64,000 bases of DNA. It comes from Octopus sinensis. Taxonomy: Eukaryota. The translations under genes were made by a program, and so were the position numbers. The stretch spans positions 83,204,001 to 83,268,000 of the forward strand of contig NC_042998.1 in the NCBI RefSeq assembly GCF_006345805.1, given 5' to 3'. This document shows, piece by piece, positions 63,892 to 64,000 of the stretch. Below the pieces are notes generated by a model that was not told the origin of the DNA, searched no databases, and worked only from the letters and a program-made list of their open reading frames with translations. The first letter of the stretch is position 1, and each line of letters opens with the position of its first letter.

Positions 63892-64000
63892 GATATGTAT
63901 ATATATATATGTATATATATATATGTAATATATATATGTATATATATATATATATGTATATGTGTATATATATTATGTATATATGTGTATATATATGTAT
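62885..64000. repeat. More than 1.1-kb degenerate (TA)n/(TATG)n array running off the window end
   Basis: Almost only T and A with interspersed G. Source of the MYIY-type ORFs. Confidence 0.97.

Overview
AT-rich eukaryotic genomic DNA. The SINE and RTE families suggest an octopus or other coleoid cephalopod, which is my inference. The window is the middle of a + strand endophilin-B gene (SH3GLB1/2 family). It has four clear coding exons (4328-4456, 33455-33588, 35857-35949, 60583-60672), a well-supported 18-nt in-frame microexon (57504-57521) and several weaker alternative-exon candidates. The gene continues beyond both window ends. The introns are packed with three to four tRNA-derived SINE families, a 5'-truncated but young RTE LINE (26629-30112, minus), about 16 short copies of the RTE 3' end, DNA-transposon remnants and satellites. 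The least expected observations are these. (1) Two sequence-unrelated fold-back palindromes (36042-36545 and 48103-48460) each carry an outward-facing type I hammerhead-ribozyme core in both arms, as in Penelope-like element termini. (2) An uninterrupted 65-codon guanylyl-cyclase C-terminal fragment sits inside a SINE (46453-46650, minus). (3) A cluster of candidate neural-type microexons lies in the BAR-domain insert position. (4) A 25-bp minisatellite shows a stepwise higher-order structure. Repeat boundaries were read by eye and are approximate (about +/-15 nt). Exon, hammerhead and cyclase coordinates were counted base by base.
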